The notes under the pieces: generated by a model
The model's database searches: none
Seen by the model: only the letters and a program-made list of their open reading frames with translations
Told to the model about the DNA's origin: nothing
Translations under genes and position numbers: made by a program
In this document: positions 9,287 through 17,345 of the stretch, piece after piece
How the letters are laid out: the number at the start of each line of letters is the position of its first letter
How positions within the stretch are numbered: position 1 is the stretch's first letter
Assembly: GCA_033720015.1 (NCBI GenBank)
Contig: JAWWDH010000001.1
Coordinates: 38,097-102,096 of the forward strand
Length of the DNA stretch: 64,000 nt
From: Pseudomonas sp.
GTDB taxonomy: Bacteria; Pseudomonadota; Gammaproteobacteria; Pseudomonadales; Pseudomonadaceae
Direction: 5' to 3'

Positions 9287-9288
9287 GT

Positions 9289-9456
9289 CTACTTCCTCAC
9301 CGCCCAGGCCAGCGCCTGCAGCGCGCATCGGTAACCCCGAATCGCCAGAGATACCCCGCAGAAAATCCCTGCTATCAGCATCCCCGTCACTACCGCGCCA
9401 TGCACCGCGTCCGTCCACGGTCCAAGGTGTGGCAGCCAGTAAACCTCAACGCCCAT
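9289..9456 (-). CDS. Small membrane protein, 55 aa (not in ORF track)
   Basis: MGVEVYWLPHLGPWTDAVHGAVVTGMLIAGIFCGVSLAIRG...; GGGGAGG RBS; overlaps the upstream ORF. Confidence 0.5.
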   Translation of the reverse strand: MGVEVYWLPHLGPWTDAVHGAVVTGMLIAGIFCGVSLAIRGYRCALQALAWAVRK

Positions 9457-9616
9457 CGCCACCTCCCCTCAGCCGTGCATGCAGCTCACCGATTCGCTCA
9501 AGGTCTGCCCTGATGTCCGCACGTATCCACCGGCACACCATCAGGGTCAGCCAGAAAACACCCAGGCATGCGCCCAGCGATAAAATTCCTCCCAGCAGCA
9601 GTTCCGCCGTTCCCAC
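9446..9616 (-). CDS. Small membrane protein, 56 aa (not in ORF track)
   Basis: GTG start with GGGGAG RBS; LLLGGILSLGACLGVFWLTLMVC TM helix. Confidence 0.5.
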   Translation of the reverse strand: MGTAELLLGGILSLGACLGVFWLTLMVCRWIRADIRADLERIGELHARLRGGGDGR

Positions 9617-9864
9617 CTAAATTTCTCCCCTCAGATCAGCTTCTGCTATCATCCTGGCACGCCCCGCGGAAGCCCCAAGCGCTTCCCAACCCCAAGACCC
9701 AGTTCCCTCCCCTCCTCTGAATCACTACGCTGCGCGACACGGGGTAAATCCCAGAAAACACACACTCGTAATATATCTATACGGAATGGGGTCTGTTTTC
9801 GCGCCTTCTTTTAGAAGATGGCCAGTCGTGCGTAGTGACTGTTAGAAGGTGCCTCCAGGCCCCG

Positions 9865-10112
9865 TGGTTGCTGGGTTTGAGCTTTCTAAGAAACGCCGGA
9901 TTCAGGAAATCTTCTAAGTTACTTTCTAAGCTACTTTCTAAGTGACCTTCTAAGCTACGCATTGAAGCTTTGAACTTGGCTGCAACCCGCATGGTTGCTG
10001 GCCTACAGCTTTCTAAGGGAGCTGCTGGCTTGGAAATCTTCTAGGCTACTTTCTAAGTGACTTTCTAACCTACCTTCTAAATGAGCGGCCGAGCTGCGTA
10101 GCGGCTTCTAAA
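9865..10112. repeat. Iteron/centromere-like array: TTCTAAG-type cores at 12-bp period within two 127-bp units
   Basis: Cores at 9884, 9912, 9924, 9936, 9948 and 10011, 10039, 10051, 10063, 10075 (+127), extra at 10106; TGGTTGCTGG at 9865 and 9992. Confidence 0.9.
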
Positions 10113-10124
10113 ACACGCCGCAAT

Positions 10125-10709
10125 CTATCTGCAGCCCCCGTCATTACTGACTTCCAGACCTTCTAAAGAAGCGACGAAGGCCTCTGACCGTAGGGCTTCA
10201 CCGGCGGCGAGCACTCCCGAGCACTCCTCGATGACTTTCCGGGATCTTTCGAGGCTGTAGAGCATGGCCCGCTTCTGTAAACGGTTGTCGTTGCCTGCCT
10301 TGCGTATTGATCCAAGCAGGCGCTCGTAGTGGATCGCGATTTGCCTCAGCTCGGTAGGAAGTGACGTGAAGGTGCTGGCCGGATAGGTGTTGCCCGCTCC
10401 TTTGGGGAGTTCCTTGGTGATGCAGTCGCCCGCCTTGGGTGCCCTGCCACCCCGAAGCTTGCTGGCAGCGGCTAGAGCCTTATCTGAGTCCTTGACCTTG
10501 ATCTTCTTGCTCCAGGCAGCGACCCAGCAGCCAGGCGTTTTGACCCGAACCGTGATCAGCATGTGTGCATGGAGCTTCTTGTCTGGGTTATGAGCAATGG
10601 CCCAGTTGGCATGGGCAAGGTAAGCGGCCGCAACATTCATGGCCTGCTTGTAGAGCTCCGCGTAATGCTCATCCAGCACACATCCGATGGTGAGGGTCTT
10701 CTTGGTCAT
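10125..10709 (-). CDS. mobI: MobI-like relaxosome accessory protein
   Basis: Pattern L.EHY..L...A...; VRVK; W; KG.GNTYP..TF; YER.L..IR resembles MobI(A/C); divergent from parM as in SXT/IncC. Confidence 0.65.
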   Translation of the reverse strand: MTKKTLTIGCVLDEHYAELYKQAMNVAAAYLAHANWAIAHNPDKKLHAHMLITVRVKTPGCWVAAWSKKIKVKDSDKALAAASKLRGGRAPKAGDCITKELPKGAGNTYPASTFTSLPTELRQIAIHYERLLGSIRKAGNDNRLQKRAMLYSLERSRKVIEECSGVLAAGEALRSEAFVASLEGLEVSNDGGCR

Positions 10710-11053
10710 GACCAGCTTCCGGCTTCAAATCCGGGGATCATGGCAGGCGTTTGCGCCCTCTACGGGCCTAATCTGACAATTTTCTTGCAGGTTTAGAAGC
10801 CATTTACCTTTTCGAGCCCTGGATAATCGCCCCGAGTGTCGGCATGCGTCCGTTTTGGCAACTCATGGCAGCAGGTTGGCCTTATTGGTCAACTACAGGG
10901 CAGTTAAGGTCTCGCTGATTGCCATCTTCGATCCGTTTTGGCAGCGCCACGGGCTTGGGTTCTCGGATTTGCATGTCTCAATGGGCTGTGAAGGTGCGAA
11001 GAAGCACCGTTCGAACCCCCTCTGGAAGGGGTTATCTTTGATGGAGTGGTGAT
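10710..11053. promoter_or_regulatory. Putative oriT and divergent promoter region
   Basis: Intergenic between divergent mobI and parM, the oriT position in SXT/R391 and IncC; 12-bp direct repeat TCCGTTTTGGCA at 10849 and 10932. Confidence 0.6.
10773..10791 (-). promoter_or_regulatory. Transfer-regulon box (degenerate) upstream of mobI
   Basis: CTGACAA-TTTTC-TTGCAGG; -10-like CATGAT 31-36 nt downstream; 63 nt to ATG. Confidence 0.55.
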
Positions 11054-12034
11054 ATGGCGAACTTTTTGGGGCTGGATATTGGCTACAGCAATGTGATTGG
11101 GGTGTTTGGCGATGGTGTAGATCAGTACGAAACCATTGTGCGGCCTTCACAGGCCGCCCCTCTGGACACGATTCCGGGCGATTCCGGGCTGCGGGCTGGC
11201 GAGGTGCTGGTTGAAGTTGACGGTGTGCAGTGGGTGGCCTTTGCGGCCCCTGGCCGCGTGCAGGAGGGCCGTGAGTTGCATCAGGACTATACCCAGTCGC
11301 CAGCATATAAGGCCCTATTCCGTGGTGCGCTGCTGCATGCTGCTGGTGATAGCGATGTAATTGATGTTCTGGTTACCGGATTGCCTGTTTCTCAGTCGCG
11401 GGACGATAAGTACGTTCAGGGTCTTATCGAGACAATGAAGGGGGCGCATCAAGTTACCCCCAAGCGATGCATCGAAGTGAAATCGGTTGTGGTTGTGGCT
11501 CAGCCAATTGGTACGCTGACCGATATTTATTGCTCATCTGAACATGCTGATGTTGTTGAAGAGTCGGTTTCGCTGATTATTGATCCGGGCTTCTTTAGCG
11601 TTGACTGGGTTCTGTTCGACCATAAAGAGCTAGTCGCACAATCAAGCTCCAGTAGCGTTAAGGCTATGAGCGTTCTGCTTCAGGCCTGCAATGAGGAAAT
11701 TGCTAAAGATCACGGTGGCATCCCTGGCGTTGAGAAGATTGAGCACGCCCTTCAGACTGGCAAGACATTTATTCTTATGTTTGGTCGCAAGGTAGAGCTT
11801 GCTGAATACATGAAGCGCGCGGCTGATCGTGTAGTGCCAGGGGTATTTACCGAAATCAAACAGACGCTACGCTTTCTCAAAGGGCGAGCCGTAGACTGCG
11901 TTATTCTTGGTGGTGGCGGTGCTAATGTTTATGAAGGCTATGCAAAGGTGGAATTTCCCGAGTCACTCGTTATCAAGCCTTCCGATAGCGTGAAGAGTAA
12001 TGCGGTTGGCTTTTACAATATCGCAGCCTCTTAA
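11054..12034 (+). CDS. parM: ParM/StbA actin-like partition ATPase (SrpM-like)
   Basis: LGLDIGYSN phosphate-1; LVTGLP; AQPIG; IIDPGFFSVD; LGGGGA. Confidence 0.9.
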   Translation: MANFLGLDIGYSNVIGVFGDGVDQYETIVRPSQAAPLDTIPGDSGLRAGEVLVEVDGVQWVAFAAPGRVQEGRELHQDYTQSPAYKALFRGALLHAAGDSDVIDVLVTGLPVSQSRDDKYVQGLIETMKGAHQVTPKRCIEVKSVVVVAQPIGTLTDIYCSSEHADVVEESVSLIIDPGFFSVDWVLFDHKELVAQSSSSSVKAMSVLLQACNEEIAKDHGGIPGVEKIEHALQTGKTFILMFGRKVELAEYMKRAADRVVPGVFTEIKQTLRFLKGRAVDCVILGGGGANVYEGYAKVEFPESLVIKPSDSVKSNAVGFYNIAAS

Positions 12035-12077
12035 AGTTTATTCAGGAGCGCCTCAAAATGAGGCGCTAAGGACATAT

Positions 12078-12350
12078 ATGCGTTTCCAAGTGAGAGTTGG
12101 TGAGCAATACCAAGAGCTACTTGAGCATCTTGAAGGCTTTAAGCCTGAGTATAGAGGCAAGCGGCTACTTGCTTTGGCTGCGATGCAGTTGAGTTCGGTA
12201 TCATTTAAAAACACGAATTCTTTAGGAGTTGTGGAAACCCCTGCCTCGGAGTCGGAGGAAGCCAGTCATACGGCAGCAGAAAATACACCCGCAGGACCTC
12301 CTAAAAGACGTTCAGCCCCTAACTGGATTAAGAGTAATACCAATGCTTAA
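12078..12350 (+). CDS. ParR/StbB-like DNA-binding adaptor (SrpR-like)
   Basis: Small protein after parM; AAGGA RBS; beta-strand/helix N-terminus and low-complexity tail. Confidence 0.6.
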   Translation: MRFQVRVGEQYQELLEHLEGFKPEYRGKRLLALAAMQLSSVSFKNTNSLGVVETPASESEEASHTAAENTPAGPPKRRSAPNWIKSNTNA

Positions 12351-12906
12351 CCAGGGACGCATTGTCGCAGTATTGTTGTTGGCTGGGCTGGCGAATACCG
12401 TTGCGGCATTCTCGCTTCAGGGGACAATGTGGGAGCGCGCTTCGAAGGCAAGCTCATGCAATGCGCCAGCCTTGTTGCTTTACTCAATAGCGCTTCAGGA
12501 ATCTCGCTCATCTGCCGGGGAAGGGCTCGTTCGCCCGCACCCATTTGCACTTAGGAATGAGCCCAGCGGTTCGAAATACCCTTCCTCAAAGGGCGAGGCT
12601 GTTGCACTCCTGCCTAAGTATATTGCGGAAGACAAGTTGACTGACATCGGAATGATGCAGATTAACTATCATTGGAACGGTAACAGGGTCAGCAAGCCAG
12701 AGCTGTTGCTTAATCCAGAGACAAATATTAAGGTTGCCGCTGATATTCTCTGCGAAGCAATCGCGGCGAAACGTGGTGATTTGGAGCTAGGCATAGGGGG
12801 TTATCATACCCTTAACCCTAAGCGTGAAATCGATGCCCGCACCTATGCACGAAACGTCCTATATATTTGGCGTGCTCTGCAGAGACTGGAGAGGCAGGGA
12901 GGCTAG
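12343..12906 (+). CDS. Lytic transglycosylase (SLT domain)
   Basis: Signal peptide; IALQES catalytic Glu; GMMQIN; L.PETNI..AA.IL; IGGYH. Confidence 0.9.
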   Translation: MLNQGRIVAVLLLAGLANTVAAFSLQGTMWERASKASSCNAPALLLYSIALQESRSSAGEGLVRPHPFALRNEPSGSKYPSSKGEAVALLPKYIAEDKLTDIGMMQINYHWNGNRVSKPELLLNPETNIKVAADILCEAIAAKRGDLELGIGGYHTLNPKREIDARTYARNVLYIWRALQRLERQGG

Positions 12907-12911
12907 TTCGG

Positions 12912-13940
12912 ATGTATGCACTGAATAGCGCTTTGGTTCAAATGACACTGCGGCGAATTGTCCTTAACGGGGATTCTAAGTTTAGCGCAGTGCTGGCTGA
13001 GCAACGGATCGGTTCCAAGGATCTAATGTGGCTTCAACTCCTCAATCGGAAGAAGCTTGAGGCGATTGACAAGCTCCCTGTATCCCTCTTCCGGATCTTC
13101 TACAGGACGATGGATATCGGCCGCTCCGGGCTCGATGACGATGTGTTCGAGAGCGCCTGCATTCGGCTTTCCATGATCATGGAAACGGTGGCCTTTGCTG
13201 TCACCAACAGGGCTAATTCTCTCATCTCAATCGGGTTTGATATGGAGGGGTTTGACAGGTTCCGAGCAGAGCCTTTCGCTCGCCGTCTCATGTTGATCCA
13301 GAAAGGTGGCTTCAGTCTGGGTACCCGCTGCAACCTTGCCTCTCTTGAGCTACGATCGGACGACCCTAGCAGTCAGTTGCGTGACTGCCTGCGCATCATC
13401 CTGGGAGACTATCGGTTCCTCCTGATCAATCGGCCGAAACATCTCGGCCGCATCCGGGATTGGAATGCTGAAATGATGGGGGCTGAAGCTATCGCTCACA
13501 ACCTCCTTTCAGATGGGGTGACCCCGAAGCTCGTTATCGCGCATGTAGGGTTGCCGCATAAGGTCAACAGCATTCACCGCAAGCTCCGTAGGGAGCAGGC
13601 GGTAATGCCGAAGGGAGGCGGTCGGATCGGCAGTCACACCGGTACTATTCAGCGCAATGCCCACCACTCTCTCCTTTTCATGGCTATCTACCTAATGCTC
13701 GCCAATGAGCCGATTGTGAGCATCAACGGCTTCGGGGTATCAAGGGCGCTGCATGAATACCGTCAGATTTGTGCCTACCTTGGCATTCACGAAGACGACA
13801 TGCTCGACGCCTCCGATTGCTGGCTCCTGGCCTCAGGTTACCGGGCTCAGGAGGTTGGCATAGAGGAATGCAAGTTGTGCAAGAACATCACTATCATCGA
13901 CAGGCGAAAGCCATGCGGATGTCCATGGTGTCAAAAATAG
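12912..13940 (+). CDS. FlhC-family transcriptional activator, apparently fused to an FlhD-like N-terminal half (AcaDC/SetDC-like)
   Basis: C-terminal LDASDCWLL and CKLC...CPWC zinc site; 342 aa; directly after the SLT gene, where acaDC/setDC sit. Confidence 0.7.
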   Translation: MYALNSALVQMTLRRIVLNGDSKFSAVLAEQRIGSKDLMWLQLLNRKKLEAIDKLPVSLFRIFYRTMDIGRSGLDDDVFESACIRLSMIMETVAFAVTNRANSLISIGFDMEGFDRFRAEPFARRLMLIQKGGFSLGTRCNLASLELRSDDPSSQLRDCLRIILGDYRFLLINRPKHLGRIRDWNAEMMGAEAIAHNLLSDGVTPKLVIAHVGLPHKVNSIHRKLRREQAVMPKGGGRIGSHTGTIQRNAHHSLLFMAIYLMLANEPIVSINGFGVSRALHEYRQICAYLGIHEDDMLDASDCWLLASGYRAQEVGIEECKLCKNITIIDRRKPCGCPWCQK

Positions 13941-13945
13941 GTTTG

Positions 13946-13971
13946 AGCCTCGCGATGTCGGGGCTTTTTTT
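13946..13971 (+). terminator. Intrinsic terminator
   Basis: GC-rich hairpin followed by a T7 run after the activator gene. Confidence 0.7.
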
Positions 13972-14069
13972 CCCGTCCAGGAAAGCGGTTTCGTAGCGCC
14001 GCGGGGTCGCTTGGGTTACTGCCGGGTCATGGGATGATGTAGACATGAAACTGATTGATGAGGTGATGT

Positions 14070-14429
14070 ATGGCTAACAACGACAAGGTCCAGTGCAAGT
14101 GCTGTGGGATGATGATGGTTCCGAAGACGATCTTCAGCCCCGGTATTTACGGTGGTTGGGGTTGGCGTATCGGTGGCGGTCGGCCGGTGTCGAACTGCTG
14201 CCCTTTCTGCTTGAGTGAGAGCTGGGATGGTGCGGCAACGGACGTTCGGACATCGACATGGTACCGCGCTGTAGCGCTTATCCTTTCCTTCGTTTGTCTG
14301 TTGGGCGGTTTTGCGATTCTTGGGTTCCTCAACGAGCAATTTTTCTCCGGAGGTTTGCCAGGGATACTGGCGCTTCTTCCCATTGCTGGTTCAATTTATT
14401 TTGCGTGGCGGTTTACGAAGGTGAGCTAA
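14070..14429 (+). CDS. Small inner-membrane protein with CxxC pairs; candidate entry-exclusion protein
   Basis: CKCC...CCPFC, two C-terminal TM helices, convergent with traG. Confidence 0.5.
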   Translation: MANNDKVQCKCCGMMMVPKTIFSPGIYGGWGWRIGGGRPVSNCCPFCLSESWDGAATDVRTSTWYRAVALILSFVCLLGGFAILGFLNEQFFSGGLPGILALLPIAGSIYFAWRFTKVS

Positions 14430-14465
14430 TCTCATAACAATAACCGCCGCGCAGTCAACACCCAC

Positions 14466-14491
14466 AAAAGAACCCGCTTGGCGGGTTTTTT
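14466..14491. terminator. Bidirectional terminator
   Basis: AAAAGAACCCGC-ttg-GCGGGTTTTTT. Confidence 0.8.
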
Positions 14492-14501
14492 GTTAATAAA
14501 A

Positions 14502-17342
14502 TTAATCGTCTATACTAGGAGGCTTTTTGCTGTTACGGCTTAGCTCCTGCAATTTACTGTACCCATCGCTCACAGCATTGATAACCGGAGAGGCTATCTG
14601 CTTTGCTCCTACAATAAGGGTGTTGCTGCTATCAAAGTTCCCTATGCCCTTAAACCCATCAACAACAGGTGACGTGGTATTCATGCTTACATCAGGCTTC
14701 TCCATCGTCATTTGGGGAACAGCGTTTAGGTTTTCTTGGTTATATTCGGCTACAACATTGTCGTTTTCAGTTTGAGCTGCACTAACAATATCTTTTCCGC
14801 TCTCTACCGATTGCTCTCGACCAGACAGGGACATATCGTATTCCGATGTATAGCCGCCTTCATTTGCACTCCACTTTGAGTTGAATCTGTCATTTAAGTG
14901 ATCAGTTGGTATGCGATTGTCTTGCATGCCTTCAAACTCACTTGCATTGCCAGCGCTTACATTGAAGTCAAACGGAGTGAATTTCGAGCCGATAAGTTCA
15001 TCTAGCCTACCTGACTGCATCATGTGTAGCATTGAAGCTGCTACAGCACGCTCATTACTGTCTGCACTCACGCCGCGCACAGTAGAGCTATCTATAAGCG
15101 TTCGAATTGCCTGCTGATCATCATTCGTTTTCCCAGCCATGTCCAATATTTGACGGGCGGCCTCTTCTCTTGGCAAGCCGCTTCTCGCTAAGCTACTTGC
15201 AGCAGCAACACCAATGTCCATATCTTGCCTGGATGACCATGCCTCTTTCTGTGACGCTGCGTATTTATAGGCTTCCTGAGCCGTTTTTGCGGCCGTGGTG
15301 CTTTTCGCTATTTGCTCACCATTGGAAGCCTGTTGCATTGCCTGCTGGCTTGAATTAAACGAATCTGCAGAGTTGTAGATTGTGCTTTCACTCATATTTG
15401 ACTGAACAGCTCGACTGAGTTGCGCAACTGCCTCACGAGCTTGCTGCTGCTGCTCAGAGCTCATCTTCTGGAAGGATTCGCTCTGTTCAAGTTTTGTTCC
15501 AATCGCTCCTAATGGCGCTTGGAAGCCTATAGATGCACCCCAAACGCCCTGCGCAATTTCATTTTGTGTTATTCCATGAGACTGAAGCGTTTTGGACGCT
15601 TCATTGAACTGTGCGTTTTTACTCAGACCAAGGGCTGCTTGTGATTGCTGCCCAAGGCCCGCTAAGGTCTGCCGGCCTTCTGAGCTGCTATTTAATTGCG
15701 ATGAGCCAGCAACAAGTTGCTGCTGCAGTTGACTGGTGGCTGTTTCTGCATTGGTGCGGCTACTTTCAACTGCAGCCTCTGCTGATTGTGAGGCCGAAAT
15801 CTTTGGTGCAACCGCCCTTGCTCCAGTAACAGCAACGCCCTGGGTCATCTGGTCAGACGTAAAGCTGCTGGTCGAATCCATCACCGGCGCTTGGTTCTTC
15901 GCCCGCGGCAACACATCCTCGGACTTGAACTTATCGCCCTGCGTCATCTGGCCCATGATGCCGTTGGCCACCATGGCTGAGCCAGACACGATGAAGAGTG
16001 CTAGGGGCGGTACCGAGGCAGCAAGCAAACCACCTATCCCAAGCGCCTTCGAAATGGCTTGATCTAGGTCCAGCACCTGCAGCATTGCGAAGCCTTCGCT
16101 TGTGCTGTCATAGCCTTCGAACACAGCCTGAATCTCAGCGCCGGCATACCAAAGGGTAAAGGCATTGACGATGCTTAAAAGGGGCATCCACAGGCCAACA
16201 GCCAACGGCAAGATCAGGTATTTGCCGAGCACGGACAGTCCAGGGCTACCCAGCACGAGGGCAAAGGCCATGAACGGAGTCATCGCGTACAGCAGGCCCT
16301 CAAAGAAGGCAATCATGGGGCGCATGTAGTGCTTGAAGATGTCGCCCTTGCCTGCCCACTGGATTTCTTGCTGGTTAAGGGATTCGCGCAAAGCCATGGC
16401 AGCATTCTGCTCCTGCCAATGGTTCAGGGCGTTGACGCGGGCATCCCCAAAGATCGGGACGATCAGGGCCATGGTGGTGTAACCCTGGGCATTCTTGGCG
16501 CTAATCCCCATTGATTGGATGGCGTCATCGGTACGCGCCATTACCTCGCCAGCGGTATTGATCTTTCCAGCAGCCCGCTCGGTAGCAAAGCCTCGGGCGA
16601 GTACATCTTCCATCAAGTCGGTGTAGACATCGGCTAGTGCCGTATTGAGTACAGCTTGGGCCTGGCTGCACGACATCAGCTGGCCGCCAGGTACGGTGCC
16701 GTCCTGGATGTAGACGAACTGAGATGTAAGCGGCGCGTTGAAGACCCCTGCAGCGCCAGAGGCGCGGTAAAGGTCGTCGATGCTCTGATACTCCCGTAGG
16801 GCAATCGGGTTCAGAGTACAGAACGTCAGAAACTCATCAACGCTTCTTGGCAGGTTCCAGCCCGCGTTTTTCCTGTAGTTCACATATGAATCGAGCGCCA
16901 AAGGATTGCGCAGTGCATCGCGCACCCGGCTAATGGTCGTAAGGCTGCTGAAGAGCCCATAGTCGGTCATTGTGGGGGTTGAAAAGGCCTGTTCACCGAC
17001 GCGAGTAATGTCGTATGCAACTGTCGAAATCACCGAGCCGACAAATGTTGGCCCTAAGGGCACATTGTCAACCACCCTCGCCTGCCCCGTGGTTGTGTCC
17101 TCTATAACTGCTGTTGTTGTCGGACCGTAGAAGATGAGATACAAAACCAACAGAAGCCCGGCCTTCTGGAAAGAGATCCCTTGGCCGTTGAATACAGCCT
17201 GAAACCCAAGAAGGAGCAAGCCAATCATAAGGCCAATCCTTGCAAGGTCTTCGGATGTTCCCGACGAGGTAATCATGGCGCTCGCATTGAGCATGATTTC
17301 AAGGAACTCGGCGCTGCCGGTTGTGTAAATGTTCATACTCAT
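14502..17342 (-). CDS. traG: Mating-pair stabilisation protein TraG
   Basis: TraG_N start MNIYTTGSAEFL..MLNA; RVVDNVPLG; multiple TMs; follows traH. Confidence 0.95.
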   Translation of the reverse strand: MSMNIYTTGSAEFLEIMLNASAMITSSGTSEDLARIGLMIGLLLLGFQAVFNGQGISFQKAGLLLVLYLIFYGPTTTAVIEDTTTGQARVVDNVPLGPTFVGSVISTVAYDITRVGEQAFSTPTMTDYGLFSSLTTISRVRDALRNPLALDSYVNYRKNAGWNLPRSVDEFLTFCTLNPIALREYQSIDDLYRASGAAGVFNAPLTSQFVYIQDGTVPGGQLMSCSQAQAVLNTALADVYTDLMEDVLARGFATERAAGKINTAGEVMARTDDAIQSMGISAKNAQGYTTMALIVPIFGDARVNALNHWQEQNAAMALRESLNQQEIQWAGKGDIFKHYMRPMIAFFEGLLYAMTPFMAFALVLGSPGLSVLGKYLILPLAVGLWMPLLSIVNAFTLWYAGAEIQAVFEGYDSTSEGFAMLQVLDLDQAISKALGIGGLLAASVPPLALFIVSGSAMVANGIMGQMTQGDKFKSEDVLPRAKNQAPVMDSTSSFTSDQMTQGVAVTGARAVAPKISASQSAEAAVESSRTNAETATSQLQQQLVAGSSQLNSSSEGRQTLAGLGQQSQAALGLSKNAQFNEASKTLQSHGITQNEIAQGVWGASIGFQAPLGAIGTKLEQSESFQKMSSEQQQQAREAVAQLSRAVQSNMSESTIYNSADSFNSSQQAMQQASNGEQIAKSTTAAKTAQEAYKYAASQKEAWSSRQDMDIGVAAASSLARSGLPREEAARQILDMAGKTNDDQQAIRTLIDSSTVRGVSADSNERAVAASMLHMMQSGRLDELIGSKFTPFDFNVSAGNASEFEGMQDNRIPTDHLNDRFNSKWSANEGGYTSEYDMSLSGREQSVESGKDIVSAAQTENDNVVAEYNQENLNAVPQMTMEKPDVSMNTTSPVVDGFKGIGNFDSSNTLIVGAKQIASPVINAVSDGYSKLQELSRNSKKPPSIDD

Positions 17343-17345
17343 TGC

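Larger units (their letters stand above)
8385..9740 (-). repeat. Exact 13-bp direct repeat GTGTCGCGCAGCG, three copies (8385-8397, 8902-8914, 9728-9740)
   Basis: Read directly from the sequence; each copy lies at or upstream of a gene junction. Confidence 0.85.

Noticed and set aside
9777-9992. 71-aa ORF with LESS/LESN repeats
   Set aside because: It is a translation of the 12-bp DNA repeats; the twin 127-bp unit is not in one open frame.
9865-10112. CRISPR array
   Set aside because: The period is 12 bp with no unique 25-45 bp spacers, and there are no cas genes.
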